A DNA stretch of 64,000 bases from an uncultured Acidobacteriota bacterium (GCA_963719875.1 CAVRDJ010000001.1:186-64185), one strand, 5' to 3'; numbered from the stretch's first letter, positions 9,282 through 19,263 are shown. Notes: generated from the sequence alone by a model not told the origin. Numbers and translations: made by a program.

Positions 9282-12200
9282 CTAGAAGGTTACCTTCACA
9301 CCAACTTGCAAGTCACGTGCAGCGCCTGAACCGATGACTGGGTTCCCGGCATTGACGTCGGGAGTTCCAACTGTTCCGCCAAACTGATTGGGGGAAGAGG
9401 GGTCATTCTGTCCGCCGCTCGTATTGGCAGATGCGCCGTACGGATTGGCGAAGATGGGATGGTTGAATAGATTGAACAACTCGGCCCGCAACTGGATTCC
9501 ATACTGCTCCCGTATCTTAAAGTTCTTGAATACGGAGAAATCCACGTTCTTAAAGCCCGAGTCCCGGAAGATGTTCCGGCCCAGAGTCCCAAATGTTCCA
9601 AGAGTTTGGGGAGCTAGGACCGAATTTCCGGAGACAAAGCACCCGCCGGCTGCAAGCGTTCTCGGATCGGGGGCCACGGCGGCGCATTTTGCCGCGAGTG
9701 AACTGGGAAGGGTGGTGAGGACGTTGCCGCCAGACTGGCTGGCTGCTTGAGTGCAACTGGCACCACTTGAGTTGAGAGTTCCGTCGGTGTTAACAGAAAA
9801 ACCGGAGCAGTAAGGGATGCTGAAATTACTGCCCTTGAAATCGGAGGGGTTTCCGAAGAAATCCCACCGATCGGCAGTATCTCCGGTTCCGCTGAAGCCA
9901 GTGACTCCTCGACTATTGTAGTCGTTAACGATCCACGGCTGTCCGCTCTGAAGGGTCACGATCCCGTTGACCTGCCAGCCTTCCAGCAATTGGGCAAAGC
10001 CCTTGATTCCTGGAATATTGTAAGTCGTGGTGAACGTGAAATGGTGCCGAACATCGAAATCGGCGTTGCCGTATTCCGCTCCGGGATTGGCGCTGTTTTG
10101 GGGAATCAGCCCGAAACGATTCAGGGAACCGTTGTCGAGGCTGTGAGCGAACGTGTACCCGGCGATGAAAGACACCCCGTGAGACAACCGCTTGGTCAGT
10201 GTTACCTGCAAGCTGTTGTAGTTGGAACGGACATCGTTTGTCTGTTCGTTGATGTAACCGAAATACGGAAATTTCGAGAAATATGGAGCGCCCTCAAACG
10301 CGGCCTGCTGATTGAATTTAGTTAAGGGACCGGATTTGCACGCATCGGCCAACTGTGCCGCCGTTAGGGTGCCTAGACAAAATCCGGCGCCTGGGTTTGG
10401 TTGATTAATGTCGCTAAAGCCGGTCAGTCTTGCGCCATGGGTGCCCACATAACCAACCTCCAAAGAGAGGTCGTTCCCGAAGGAGTGCTGGATACCCAAG
10501 CTGTAGTTGATGACGTAAGGGGTTTGAAGATTCGGGTCCACCGCCAAGAGACTGCACTGGCTTGGATCCGAACCTCGGCCGTCGCCGCATTGGATGCCAC
10601 CCGAAGAGCTGCCGGGAAACACCACATGATTCCAATCGAAATTGGAGGGCGTCGGATTGGAAGCTCCGAGCGCGATATTGCCGTTGCCGGAGGTGGTAAC
10701 GCCATTCACCACAAATTGTGCTCCAGTCGGGTTGGCGTTGAGGCTAACAGCAGAGTTGTTCTGCAACGCATTCTGGCTGATCCATTCGACTGCGCTGAAC
10801 GATGAGTAGATGATGCTGAATCCGCCCCGGACTACGGTCGTCCCTTTGCCGGTGACGTCATAGGCGAAGCCCAAGCGCGGCGAGAAGTCCTTGGTTTCCG
10901 GCTTCCACAGCGAACTGACTCCCGGTGAACCCTGCTGAACGAGTCCAGTCGGTGAATTGGGATCGAAGTTGGCCCAAAGATTGTTGGCCTCCTTGAGCGG
11001 TGCATTGTAGGTGTAGCGGAGGCCCAGATTGAACGTAAATCTCGGGGCAATGCGCCAGTCATCCTGAACGAATCCCGAGTTCGAAGTCCAGATCACTTTG
11101 CGCGTCGCGTCACCTGTAAGAATTCTTCCGCCTGATGGATTGCCGTCGAAGAAGTCCTCAAGTGCCGTGGAGCCAGGAACAGTTGTAACTCCGTTTACCA
11201 CAACACTGGGAAACGTAACTCCGCCCGAGAAATTAATCCGGCCCCGGCCATTATCTGGAACATTGGCATCGGCCTCGATGTGGGCATATTCCCAGCCAAA
11301 CTTCAGCGTGTGCTTGCCCGCCAGATACGACACGCTTTCTTGAGCGTCGTAGTACGGGTTGGGAGTGTTGGATTGGGGACGGTTGTGCTGAGTGCCAAAC
11401 TGAGTAAAGTTGCCGATGTTAATGTCCGGAAGCCCTGCCACGCCTGCGCCCGTATTAAAGCCAGGCACCGTGACTCCTGCGTCGTTGTTCGCTTGAACGA
11501 GACCCCAGCGGTTGTAGCCAAATCGTACTTCATTTACCAGGTTGGAATTCGGGGTATAGTCCCAAGTTCCAGACACTGTATACGCTTTGATCAGAAAATC
11601 GTCGGTGAAGACCTTATTGATGAAAGCATGATCTTCTCCACTTCCGACGTAGTTGCCGATAATTGTTTCGCCATGGAGACTGTTCTTGTCGTTGATGTGG
11701 GCGTCAATCTTACCTACCCCGTTGTAACTCAAATTGCTGTTTGGGAAGGTGCTGATAAATGTCCCGTCCGGCGACACTGGAAATAAGCCGCCCGCGCAGG
11801 AATACGACCCTACAGTTGACGGGGTTCCTGTGCAACCTGCCAAATTAAGGCTCGGCGTGCTCAGACAATTAGCGGTTACCGTGGATGAGCACAGTTGTGT
11901 AGCTCCGCGCTGCTGCAGCGCATTGATGGCCGCGGCAAAGTTATTCGTTACGTCTCCGTTAGAAATTCCGGTTTCGGGAACTCCGTTCGAAGTTAGGGCG
12001 TTGCCAATCAAGTCGTTCTGGCCTTCAAAGGCGCCGAAGAAGAAGACTTTGTCCTTCTTGATCGGGCCTCCCACCGTGGCACCGTATTGTTTCAATTGGG
12101 TTGGCAGTTTGTCGCAAAGGGTAAGTGCTCCCAGTACGCAGCTTCCTCCGGACGGCGCGGGGTTGAAATAGTTGCGTGCATCCCAGGCAGCGCTGCGGTA

Positions 12201-13028
12201 AAACCCGTACGCTGATCCGTGAATTTGGTTGGTCCCTGATTTGAGTCCCACATTCACCACGGCACCGGGCTTCCAGCCGTATTCGGCCTTGGGGTTTTCC
12301 TCGAGATTGAATTCCTGAATAGCGTCAATTGGCAAGATGGTTGCCGCATCGGTGATCGGACTCGGTGAGCCGGCGATAGGGCGGAAGTCATAGAATTCGG
12401 TATTGATGACGCCTTCGACCAGCCAGGCAGATTCATCGGGACGGACGCCGTTGCTGCTTTGCGTCCAGGGTCCGCCGCCAGGCTGGAGATACACGCCTGG
12501 TCGCAGGCCCAACAGGTTTTGGTAGTTGCGGCCATTCAAGGGCAAATCGTTGATTTCCGCGTTGTTAAGCGTTCCGCCCAAGGTGGCGTTGGTGGTCTCC
12601 ACCAGAGGGGGGGCTTCGTTGACCGTGACGGTCTGGTCTTGCGAGCCGGGCAAAACCGTCAAGTCGACTCGAATTTCCTGGCCTACTTCAATGGTAATGT
12701 TCGGCCGCTCCAGCTTCTCGAACCCTTTGGCCTCGGCGCGAACTGTATAGTTGCCCGGAGTCAGGTTAGGAGCGTTATAGAGTCCTGCATCGTCCGTGGT
12801 CAAAGCTCGGGAAATACCCCTCGCTGTGTCAATGACGGTTACCGTGGCACCCGCTACGACGCCGCCACTTTGATCCGTGACGGTTCCGAGAATCCGGCCG
12901 TTGCTGCCTTGTGAGAAGACCGGAAGACAACTTAATAAGAGGACAGCAATCACGCCACCCAACAATTGCGCGGTATTCCTGCCCCATCCACTCCGACGTA
13001 TTTCACAGATTGATGCTACTGAATTCAT
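9282..13028 (-). CDS. TonB-dependent receptor with N-terminal carboxypeptidase-regulatory-like domain
   Basis: 1248 aa with a signal peptide and CarboxypepD_reg signature (GRILGTVTDQSGGVVAGATVTV...GNYTVRAEAKGF). Plug region (INDLPLNGRNYQNLL) and C-terminal beta-barrel ending VGVKVTF. Confidence 0.9.
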   Translation of the reverse strand: MNSVASICEIRRSGWGRNTAQLLGGVIAVLLLSCLPVFSQGSNGRILGTVTDQSGGVVAGATVTVIDTARGISRALTTDDAGLYNAPNLTPGNYTVRAEAKGFEKLERPNITIEVGQEIRVDLTVLPGSQDQTVTVNEAPPLVETTNATLGGTLNNAEINDLPLNGRNYQNLLGLRPGVYLQPGGGPWTQSSNGVRPDESAWLVEGVINTEFYDFRPIAGSPSPITDAATILPIDAIQEFNLEENPKAEYGWKPGAVVNVGLKSGTNQIHGSAYGFYRSAAWDARNYFNPAPSGGSCVLGALTLCDKLPTQLKQYGATVGGPIKKDKVFFFGAFEGQNDLIGNALTSNGVPETGISNGDVTNNFAAAINALQQRGATQLCSSTVTANCLSTPSLNLAGCTGTPSTVGSYSCAGGLFPVSPDGTFISTFPNSNLSYNGVGKIDAHINDKNSLHGETIIGNYVGSGEDHAFINKVFTDDFLIKAYTVSGTWDYTPNSNLVNEVRFGYNRWGLVQANNDAGVTVPGFNTGAGVAGLPDINIGNFTQFGTQHNRPQSNTPNPYYDAQESVSYLAGKHTLKFGWEYAHIEADANVPDNGRGRINFSGGVTFPSVVVNGVTTVPGSTALEDFFDGNPSGGRILTGDATRKVIWTSNSGFVQDDWRIAPRFTFNLGLRYTYNAPLKEANNLWANFDPNSPTGLVQQGSPGVSSLWKPETKDFSPRLGFAYDVTGKGTTVVRGGFSIIYSSFSAVEWISQNALQNNSAVSLNANPTGAQFVVNGVTTSGNGNIALGASNPTPSNFDWNHVVFPGSSSGGIQCGDGRGSDPSQCSLLAVDPNLQTPYVINYSLGIQHSFGNDLSLEVGYVGTHGARLTGFSDINQPNPGAGFCLGTLTAAQLADACKSGPLTKFNQQAAFEGAPYFSKFPYFGYINEQTNDVRSNYNSLQVTLTKRLSHGVSFIAGYTFAHSLDNGSLNRFGLIPQNSANPGAEYGNADFDVRHHFTFTTTYNIPGIKGFAQLLEGWQVNGIVTLQSGQPWIVNDYNSRGVTGFSGTGDTADRWDFFGNPSDFKGSNFSIPYCSGFSVNTDGTLNSSGASCTQAASQSGGNVLTTLPSSLAAKCAAVAPDPRTLAAGGCFVSGNSVLAPQTLGTFGTLGRNIFRDSGFKNVDFSVFKNFKIREQYGIQLRAELFNLFNHPIFANPYGASANTSGGQNDPSSPNQFGGTVGTPDVNAGNPVIGSGAARDLQVGVKVTF

Positions 13029-13342
13029 ATGTGGACCTCCCTGTCCAAGACATTAGTCCAATGAATCTTTTCTCAATCTGGCCCCGTACCTCACCGGTGT
13101 TCTAGTTCCCTCCTCTGCAGCCAATGGAAAAACAAAAAATGAGCTTTGGCGTTTCCGATTTGCGGCTCCGCGAATTCCGACGCGGTCCGCTGCGACGTCC
13201 TGATTGTTCGGGATGAGAAAAGCAAATAGCCCTGGCACACACCCCCGCACAGCGGCCCCGAATGGACCACGCTGATCGCCGCTCTACTGAATCGCCGACC
13301 AGCTTCAACAGATACTTTCAAGGTTGGATAAGCGGGCTAGCT

Positions 13343-13630
13343 CTAGTTCTTGGGAGCGTCCTTCGACATGTCGTCGTGCTTCATGCCATCGTCTTTCTTC
13401 ATGGCGTCGTCCTTCTTCATGGCGTCTTTCTTCATCTTTTTCTTGGATTTGCTGTCTTTCGCCATGCTGTCCTTGCTCATGTCGTCGTGCTTCATGCCAT
13501 CGTCTTTCTTCATGGCGTCGTCCTTTTTCATCTGGTCTTGCTGGGCCTGGTCCTGCCGCAGTGAAGCAAAGCTCGGTATGGCCAGTCCCATGAAACATAG
13601 TGCAAACCCCGTGATGAGTAGTTTTTTCAT
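13343..13630 (-). CDS. secreted pentapeptide MXKDX-repeat protein (K/D/M-rich)
   Basis: GGAG RBS plus ATG at 13630 and signal peptide MKKLLITGFALCFMGLAIPSFA. The mature part consists of MKKDD/MKHDD/MSKDS/MAKDS pentads. The longer ORF-track start at 13810 is unlikely. Confidence 0.75.
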   Translation of the reverse strand: MKKLLITGFALCFMGLAIPSFASLRQDQAQQDQMKKDDAMKKDDGMKHDDMSKDSMAKDSKSKKKMKKDAMKKDDAMKKDDGMKHDDMSKDAPKN

Positions 13631-13790
13631 GTCTTCTCCTTGTCCGATCGAATAGTCCGCAGACCGCTTATGCGGTCTCGACATGTTCTTCTGATACGCA
13701 AGGCCAATGAAAGTTACAAACCGACGAAAGAATGGCGGATTACGTCCTGCAACGTGAAATTTGCCCGTTCGCAGTGGCCTGCACTCGAAT
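13607..13790 (-). repeat. leader/RBS/5-prime codons duplicated at 9019-9190
   Basis: See the feature at 9019-9190. Confidence 0.7.
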
Positions 13791-13895
13791 TGACATGAAG
13801 CCAATGACAAACCGGATACTCGGGACGCGCGGGAGGTGCGATTTGTAAATATCGCTAAATGAGCTGCTGAATCTTTTGAACGGTTTGCGTATCTG

Positions 13896-14255
13896 ATGTT
13901 GGTAGCGTTCGAGTCAATGCATCAGTGGAGGATCGTCACGTTTTCGAATTGTGCAAACCCGGAGTGCGCGGCTTCTTTTGACGATTATCGAAAGGGGCGT
14001 TTGTTCCGCTTTCGGCAAAGTCATCTGGAAGGCAAAGCGCCTGCAAACATGCACTCCGTGCGGCACTTCTGGCTTTGCAACCGGTGCTCTGAAACTTACA
14101 CACTTGAGTACCCGAGGGGCCAGCTTATGCTGATGATTCGCGGCCACAACGGGCGCTCCGATGGAAATCGGAACTCGTTTTTTGAGGACGGCTTGGAGTC
14201 GAATCAGATATCTGTCCTTTGCGAAATGCCGCATGTAAAGGACTCGCCCGATTAG
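13896..14255 (+). CDS. hypothetical small Cys4 protein
   Basis: 119-aa ORF with CANPEC...28 aa...(HFWL)CNRC spacing, suggestive of a zinc ribbon. It lies directly upstream of an ECF sigma gene. The start is uncertain (13896 or the ATG at 13917). Confidence 0.45.
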   Translation: MLVAFESMHQWRIVTFSNCANPECAASFDDYRKGRLFRFRQSHLEGKAPANMHSVRHFWLCNRCSETYTLEYPRGQLMLMIRGHNGRSDGNRNSFFEDGLESNQISVLCEMPHVKDSPD

Positions 14256-14310
14256 AGAGCTTGGTGCACGATCAAGACCGGTCGAGCTAGTCAGGCACAG
14301 ACGAGAAGAC

Positions 14311-14955
14311 ATGGGTGCAAGTACACCGCATTTCGAACCAACGGAAGCCGAGCTAATTCAGCGAGCGTGTCAGGGCGACAAAGAAGCCTTCTACAACCTG
14401 GTCCGCCCGTGTGAGCGGGCGGTCTATACTGCTGCAATGTCGATCCTCAAGAATCCCGAGGATGCCGAGGATGTCGCACAGGAAGCTGTGCTAAAGGCGC
14501 TTTCGCACCTGGCGGACTTTCGAGCGGAGGCCAAGTTCAGCACTTGGCTCATTCAGATCACCATTAACGAAGCGCTGCTGAAGTTGAGAAAGGCTCGCCG
14601 TCATCTATATGAATCCGTCGATGAGCCGCGGTCGGATGAGGACGGTGAGTACTTTCCGAAGGACTTCGCCGACTGGCGCGAGATACCTTCTGAATCGCTC
14701 CAACGGATGGAGCTGAGAGAAGGACTAAACCGCGCTATCGCTTCTCTATCACTTAAGTACAGGGAAGTGCTTATACTGAGGGACGTCCAACAACTGAGAA
14801 TCGAAGAAGTGTCTCGGATTCTTGGGATCACCGCGGGGAGCGTGAAAACCCGTCTCTTGCGGGCTCGCCTGCAAATGCGAGAAGCGCTAGCTCCTGGGAT
14901 AGACGGCAGCTGGAGCATGGGCAAGCCGGGATATCAAAAGGTACGGCCGTGGTAG
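14311..14955 (+). CDS. ECF-type sigma factor (paralog of 6931-7623)
   Basis: Region 2 (DAEDVAQEAVLKALSHLADFRAEAKFSTWLIQITINEA) and region 4 (YREVLILRDVQQLRIEEVSRILGITAGSVKTRLLRAR). Confidence 0.85.
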   Translation: MGASTPHFEPTEAELIQRACQGDKEAFYNLVRPCERAVYTAAMSILKNPEDAEDVAQEAVLKALSHLADFRAEAKFSTWLIQITINEALLKLRKARRHLYESVDEPRSDEDGEYFPKDFADWREIPSESLQRMELREGLNRAIASLSLKYREVLILRDVQQLRIEEVSRILGITAGSVKTRLLRARLQMREALAPGIDGSWSMGKPGYQKVRPW

Positions 14956-14994
14956 GAATCGGCGGGCTAAGAGTTTGAAACAAATTGGTAACTG

Positions 14995-15240
14995 GTGCAT
15001 CGCATGAGAGTGATTGAAATCAGCTGCTTAGAGGTCTGGCGAGAGATCTCCAATTACATTGACGACGACGTCGATGCCGAATTGCGCGCGAGGATGGAGG
15101 CTCACTTCAAAGTGTGCGCCCACTGCAAGGCCGTTCTCGATGGAACGAGGAATGTTGTGAAGCTAATAGGGGACGGCGTTGAATATCAAATGCCTGACGG
15201 TTTCAGCCAGCGGCTTTACGATAGGATTAAGAATGCATAG
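14995..15240 (+). CDS. short soluble anti-sigma factor (zf-HC2 only)
   Basis: CLEVWREISNYIDDDVD...HFKVCAHCKAVLDGTRNV matches the N-terminus of 7614-8207. It has no TM segment. The start may be the ATG at 15004. Confidence 0.7.
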   Translation: MHRMRVIEISCLEVWREISNYIDDDVDAELRARMEAHFKVCAHCKAVLDGTRNVVKLIGDGVEYQMPDGFSQRLYDRIKNA

Positions 15241-15279
15241 GAAATGCGCGATTTAGTTAGCTGCATCACCCGTCGTCTT

Positions 15280-15756
15280 CTAGGATCCCATCGATCCTCC
15301 GCCGGTTTCAGATCGTTCCTCACTGAGGAACCAATGGCTGACCTGACCCAACCGTTCCTCAGGAACGTCCAGGTTGTTGATGAAGAAACAAATCTTCCAA
15401 TCGCCGGATGAGTTTTTCTTCCACAATTCAAGATACCGATGCCTTTTGCGGATCGTCTTTCCCGCGTTCTTGGGAGTAAGAGTGAACTCGTGCCAGCCAA
15501 AATCGTACGCAGTATTGCCGAAAACAGCAATCTCGCCGACGATAACCGCTAGTCTTACTGAAAACTCCGCGAACAACTTAGTCGAATTTTCGCGAAGTCC
15601 TTCCCTAGCGGCCCCATCAGAGCGGGTTGGTCCCCCCTCGGACATATCCATAATGTTTTCTTCCCCGAAGACGGAGAGTAGCTGGTCCACATCTCCACAG
15701 TTGTAGGCTTCTCGAAATTCGGTCTTTGCAACGTTGATACGGTAGACATCGTCCAT
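15280..15756 (-). CDS. SnoaL-like / DUF4440 (NTF2-fold) protein
   Basis: 158 aa with the pattern ...EFREAYNCGDVDQLLSVF...GNTAYDFGWHEFTLTPK...RYLELWKKNSSGDWKI, typical of the NTF2-like DUF4440 family. Confidence 0.7.
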   Translation of the reverse strand: MDDVYRINVAKTEFREAYNCGDVDQLLSVFGEENIMDMSEGGPTRSDGAAREGLRENSTKLFAEFSVRLAVIVGEIAVFGNTAYDFGWHEFTLTPKNAGKTIRKRHRYLELWKKNSSGDWKICFFINNLDVPEERLGQVSHWFLSEERSETGGGSMGS

Positions 15757-16188
15757 CCTCGTCGGCCTCCATCAAGCGTCCTCGTTGAGGACCCATTTTA
15801 AGCATGGATAGTATTCACACTTCGAGTACAACGCAAGAGGAGGGCGGTGATGCCAAGCTTTACGAGGAGTGCTGGACCCGCGAATGTCTCCGTCTCGGAT
15901 GGAACCTCGAGGGAAAGACCGCTGGATCACGATCCTTAACCACTGATTCGCGACCGCTGGCATAGCGGAGCACCCTGAAGTACATCTTTGAGGACGCTGC
16001 AAGGATGTAACATTCCTTACAATCGAAATTGGTCTTGAAACCTTTTCTCTGATTGACTATCGAACTAACATGAGAAAGCGAGCCAAATCCGTTTTGGCGC
16101 CGCTCGCGGCCACGATTGCCATCTTCACCGAAAATTCGATGGCAATCGCAGCGACCGCGCGGGGTTAGCGGACGTAAGCGCTACCAAT

Positions 16189-16515
16189 CTAGCCGAAGGT
16201 GAATGTCTCCCCCTCAGCGATCAAGATCAATGGAGTTCCACCGGTCGAGATCTTGGCAGCGTGCGCCAGGGTCTCCTGTGCACCCAGGGTCGCTGCGCAC
16301 GCCTCCAAGGCTGATTGTGAAGGAAAATGGACCTCTACGATTCTGTAGAAAGGCGGTACGCCTTGGGGAGAACCCAAAATCTTGGTGGCCACGATCTTTG
16401 TCTTTCCGGACAGTCTCTCAACTGCCATTGGAACATGTTCCGTCAAGTAAATATTTTCGAAAGACTCAATATCCTTCGGACGGGGATAGATTACGACAAG
16501 CTTCGCTTCAGGCAC
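16189..16515 (-). CDS. EthD family reductase
   Basis: 108 aa with KLVVIYPRPKDIESFENIYLTEHVPMA...YRIVEVHFPS, matching the EthD (TIGR02118-like) pattern. Confidence 0.75.
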   Translation of the reverse strand: MPEAKLVVIYPRPKDIESFENIYLTEHVPMAVERLSGKTKIVATKILGSPQGVPPFYRIVEVHFPSQSALEACAATLGAQETLAHAAKISTGGTPLILIAEGETFTFG

Positions 16516-16619
16516 TTGTTCCTCCTATTTTCGCGATTACTCTGCACTCGAAACTTATTAGGCATGCCCAGCCTGCATAAACATCCTACCCGAGTGGTGC
16601 GTTCCAGAGTAGGGTACCT

Positions 16620-16838
16620 TTAGGCTGACAGATGCTTCGCCGCCAGCTCTCGTTCTGCCTGTAGCCAGTCATCCAGGTCTCGACCGTGTGCGCAACCTCT
16701 CTCGAGGTGTAATTCATATGCTCGCAGCCGGATTTCCTCCAGACTTGCAGCGTTTGCGAGCTGCACTTGCGTTTTCTCAGATTCGACCGCCTCGTGCTTA
16801 GTGTCTCCCATACCTGCCGCTACGGCTTTTGATTTCAT
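16620..16838 (-). CDS. DUF2934 domain protein
   Basis: 72 aa with IRLRAYELHLERGCAHGRDLDDWLQAEREL, the DUF2934 signature. A second member is at 57704-57991. Confidence 0.7.
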   Translation of the reverse strand: MKSKAVAAGMGDTKHEAVESEKTQVQLANAASLEEIRLRAYELHLERGCAHGRDLDDWLQAERELAAKHLSA

Positions 16839-16982
16839 ATCTTGTGTACCCCCTCTGAATTCGTCCTAACGATATTCTTCTAGCTCTTACCGCATGCCGA
16901 GCGATCGGCCGAACACTGCGAGTTTCACACCCTGCATTAATTCAGCCCTTTCACTTGAAACAATCGATTGACAAGCACGTGG

Positions 16983-18296
16983 TCAATCGGCCCTGTCTTG
17001 GCGCGCCTGCACGGCGGTTCCTGCGATTCGTGCTGCCGCGATCTTGGGTTGCTTTGGCGGATCGGTCTCGCGGCGTGAAATCATTGGCGCGCGAATTTCC
17101 AGAAACTGAACGAGATCCTTTGAAAAAATCAGGTCGAGCGTCCAGTCGAAAGCAACGCGCAATTTCTTCTCGAACCGCGGAAGCTTGCTCAGATAAATCG
17201 TCCGCCAGAGCCACCAGGCGATAAACCCCGAAAAGTTGATCCCCAGGATGTTGGCAACACCGGTCCGCCGGCCGATCGCAGCGAGCTGTGCGATTACCGA
17301 ATACTGAAACTGCTTCTGGTCGATCCCACGAACCACTGCGATCACGTTGTGCGCTACGATCCTGCCCTGACGAAAGGCATGCTGTGCGGTGGGCGGATGA
17401 AATCCACCCTTCTGCCGATCAGGTATCGCGGAGCAATCGCCCAAAGCCCAGACGCCCGGCCAATCCTGAAGTTCGAGACATTCAGTGACAAGCAGACGGC
17501 CGCGCTCCTTTGCGCAAGGTACGGTTTCGAGCAAAGGATTCGGAGAAGTTCCGGCGGTCCAAACGAGCGTGTTCGTTTCGATCGCGGTGCCATCACTCAA
17601 TCGGACCATCTGGCCAGAAAAGCTTTCCACCTTTTTGTTCAAGTGAATTTCCACTTTGCGTCCAGAAAGTTTTCGCTCGGCGTAATTGCCTAGCGTCTCC
17701 TCCAATTCTGGCAAGATGACTGGCCCAGAATGGATAAGGACGACTCGCAACATGTTTTCCGTTAGGTTGGGGTACGAGCGCAGTGCTCCGCGAACAAGAT
17801 CGTTGATACCCGCGACTGTCTCGACCCCCGCAAAACCGCCCCCCGCAACCACGAACGTCAACAGTGGCTCTTTCACTTTGCAGCAATCGCTATCCGCCTC
17901 CTCCAAGTGAGCGATGAGATGGTTCCGCAGGCGCATGGCGTCACCCAAAGATTTCATTGTTAATGCAGATTCCTGCAACCCGGGAAGCCCATAAAAGTTC
18001 GTAACCGAACCCAAGCCGAGGACCAGGAAATCAAACTCAAGCGTGTGGTGATGATGGTCGAAACCGTGGGAAACGACGACTTTCCTTTGCTTGATATCGA
18101 TCTGCTCGACCTCCCCTGCAAAAAAATGTGCACTCCGGAGCAACTTGCGGACAGGATTTACGATTGTTGTGAGATCCAAGTCGCTGGCCGCGACCTCGTG
18201 AAGCATGGGCGTGAATAAGAAAAAGTTCTCACGATTAACGAGTGTCACTTCGACGCTCGCATCCCGACCGAGTCCCTTTTCCAACTCCATGGCCAC
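16983..18296 (-). CDS. type II NADH dehydrogenase-like FAD/NAD(P) oxidoreductase (start problematic)
   Basis: 437 aa from the GTG at 18296 with NDH-2-like sequence (second dinucleotide fold VVAGGGFAGVE, GDCS motif). The first GxGxxG (RKRVLILGSGFGGLT) is encoded in frame upstream of 18296, where no ATG/GTG/TTG exists before the stop at 18366-18368. Confidence 0.75.
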   Translation of the reverse strand: MAMELEKGLGRDASVEVTLVNRENFFLFTPMLHEVAASDLDLTTIVNPVRKLLRSAHFFAGEVEQIDIKQRKVVVSHGFDHHHHTLEFDFLVLGLGSVTNFYGLPGLQESALTMKSLGDAMRLRNHLIAHLEEADSDCCKVKEPLLTFVVAGGGFAGVETVAGINDLVRGALRSYPNLTENMLRVVLIHSGPVILPELEETLGNYAERKLSGRKVEIHLNKKVESFSGQMVRLSDGTAIETNTLVWTAGTSPNPLLETVPCAKERGRLLVTECLELQDWPGVWALGDCSAIPDRQKGGFHPPTAQHAFRQGRIVAHNVIAVVRGIDQKQFQYSVIAQLAAIGRRTGVANILGINFSGFIAWWLWRTIYLSKLPRFEKKLRVAFDWTLDLIFSKDLVQFLEIRAPMISRRETDPPKQPKIAAARIAGTAVQARQDRAD

Positions 18297-18429
18297 CGTA
18301 AGGCCGCCGAAGCCGCTGCCGAGAATGAGTACCCGCTTCCTCCGTGGCGAATTTTCCGTGCCCCCTCAATTCAAGATAAAATGATGTCTCTTCAGCAGTG
18401 GAGATGCCAAATACCTTAAGTATGCGGAT

Positions 18430-19263
18430 CTAATTCGAAAGTTGTGCCGATCCTACTCCCAGGACTCTACCGAGACCCGTTTCCTGCACGATCGCTATGA
18501 TCCTCAAGTTCCGCTGATCCGCGTTTCCGATACTGACTGTGACATCCTTGGAGAACGTGCCGCCGTCGTCGATGGTTCCCACCCGGGCCAAGTTTCGCGC
18601 GACCGCCACGTGTTTGAGAATTCTTCCCGAGTTCTCTCCGCCCCTGACACTCGATTGATCGCTGTTGTCAGCTAACGCGATCAAGACTTGTGCCGGCGCC
18701 CGCCGTCCTGAGGAAACGAACGGACCAGTCTCGATGTGCACTGCAAGCGTGTTGTTGCCCTCGCGGTGAATTGAAGACAAGGCTACCGGCAGCTTGACAG
18801 TTTTGATGCTGTTCTCGATAACCCGAATGGCCCGCCGCTCATCACTGCCGACCAATTCCATCTCTCCGTCAACAACCATCTGAGGCGTGTAAGGACTATC
18901 GAGACGAAAACGATGCGCGTAATCGCCTTGACGAACGCTGAACTCATGAGATGAATACGGATCCTTCCATCCGATGTCATCCCAATAGTCGACATGTTCG
19001 CTAAGGACAATTAGATCAGCGTCGCGTACCGGCTGAGAGCGACCCAATCTTTCGAGAAGCGCGTCTGCGGGAGGGCAGTCCGAACAGCCCTCGGAAGTGA
19101 ACAGTTCGACTAGCACAGGGGTACGTGTATTGTTGGCGCTACTATTTGTCTCGGCCGCATTCGTGGCCAGAGGATGTTGGAGGGTGAGTATCGTTAAACA
19201 AGAGATCGCAATGAAGGCAAGAATTAGAAACCAGCGACGCATCATGGTGGCCATCCTTGTCAA
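18430..19263 (-). CDS. DUF1223 thioredoxin-fold protein, secreted
   Basis: Signal/TM segment, then PVLVELFTSEGCSDCPPADALL, typical of DUF1223. TTG start at 19263, with an alternative ATG at 19254. Confidence 0.75.
   Translation of the reverse strand: MTRMATMMRRWFLILAFIAISCLTILTLQHPLATNAAETNSSANNTRTPVLVELFTSEGCSDCPPADALLERLGRSQPVRDADLIVLSEHVDYWDDIGWKDPYSSHEFSVRQGDYAHRFRLDSPYTPQMVVDGEMELVGSDERRAIRVIENSIKTVKLPVALSSIHREGNNTLAVHIETGPFVSSGRRAPAQVLIALADNSDQSSVRGGENSGRILKHVAVARNLARVGTIDDGGTFSKDVTVSIGNADQRNLRIIAIVQETGLGRVLGVGSAQLSN

Noticed and set aside
13232-13248. TGGCACACACCCCCGCA, a sigma-54-like sequence
   Set aside because: The GC element is displaced by one nucleotide, and no plus-strand gene follows within 600 bp.
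16071-16169. 32-codon ORF MRKRAKSVLAPLAATIAIFTENSMAIAATARG
   Set aside because: It is signal-peptide-like but too short, and it has no convincing RBS. It cannot be evaluated without comparative data.
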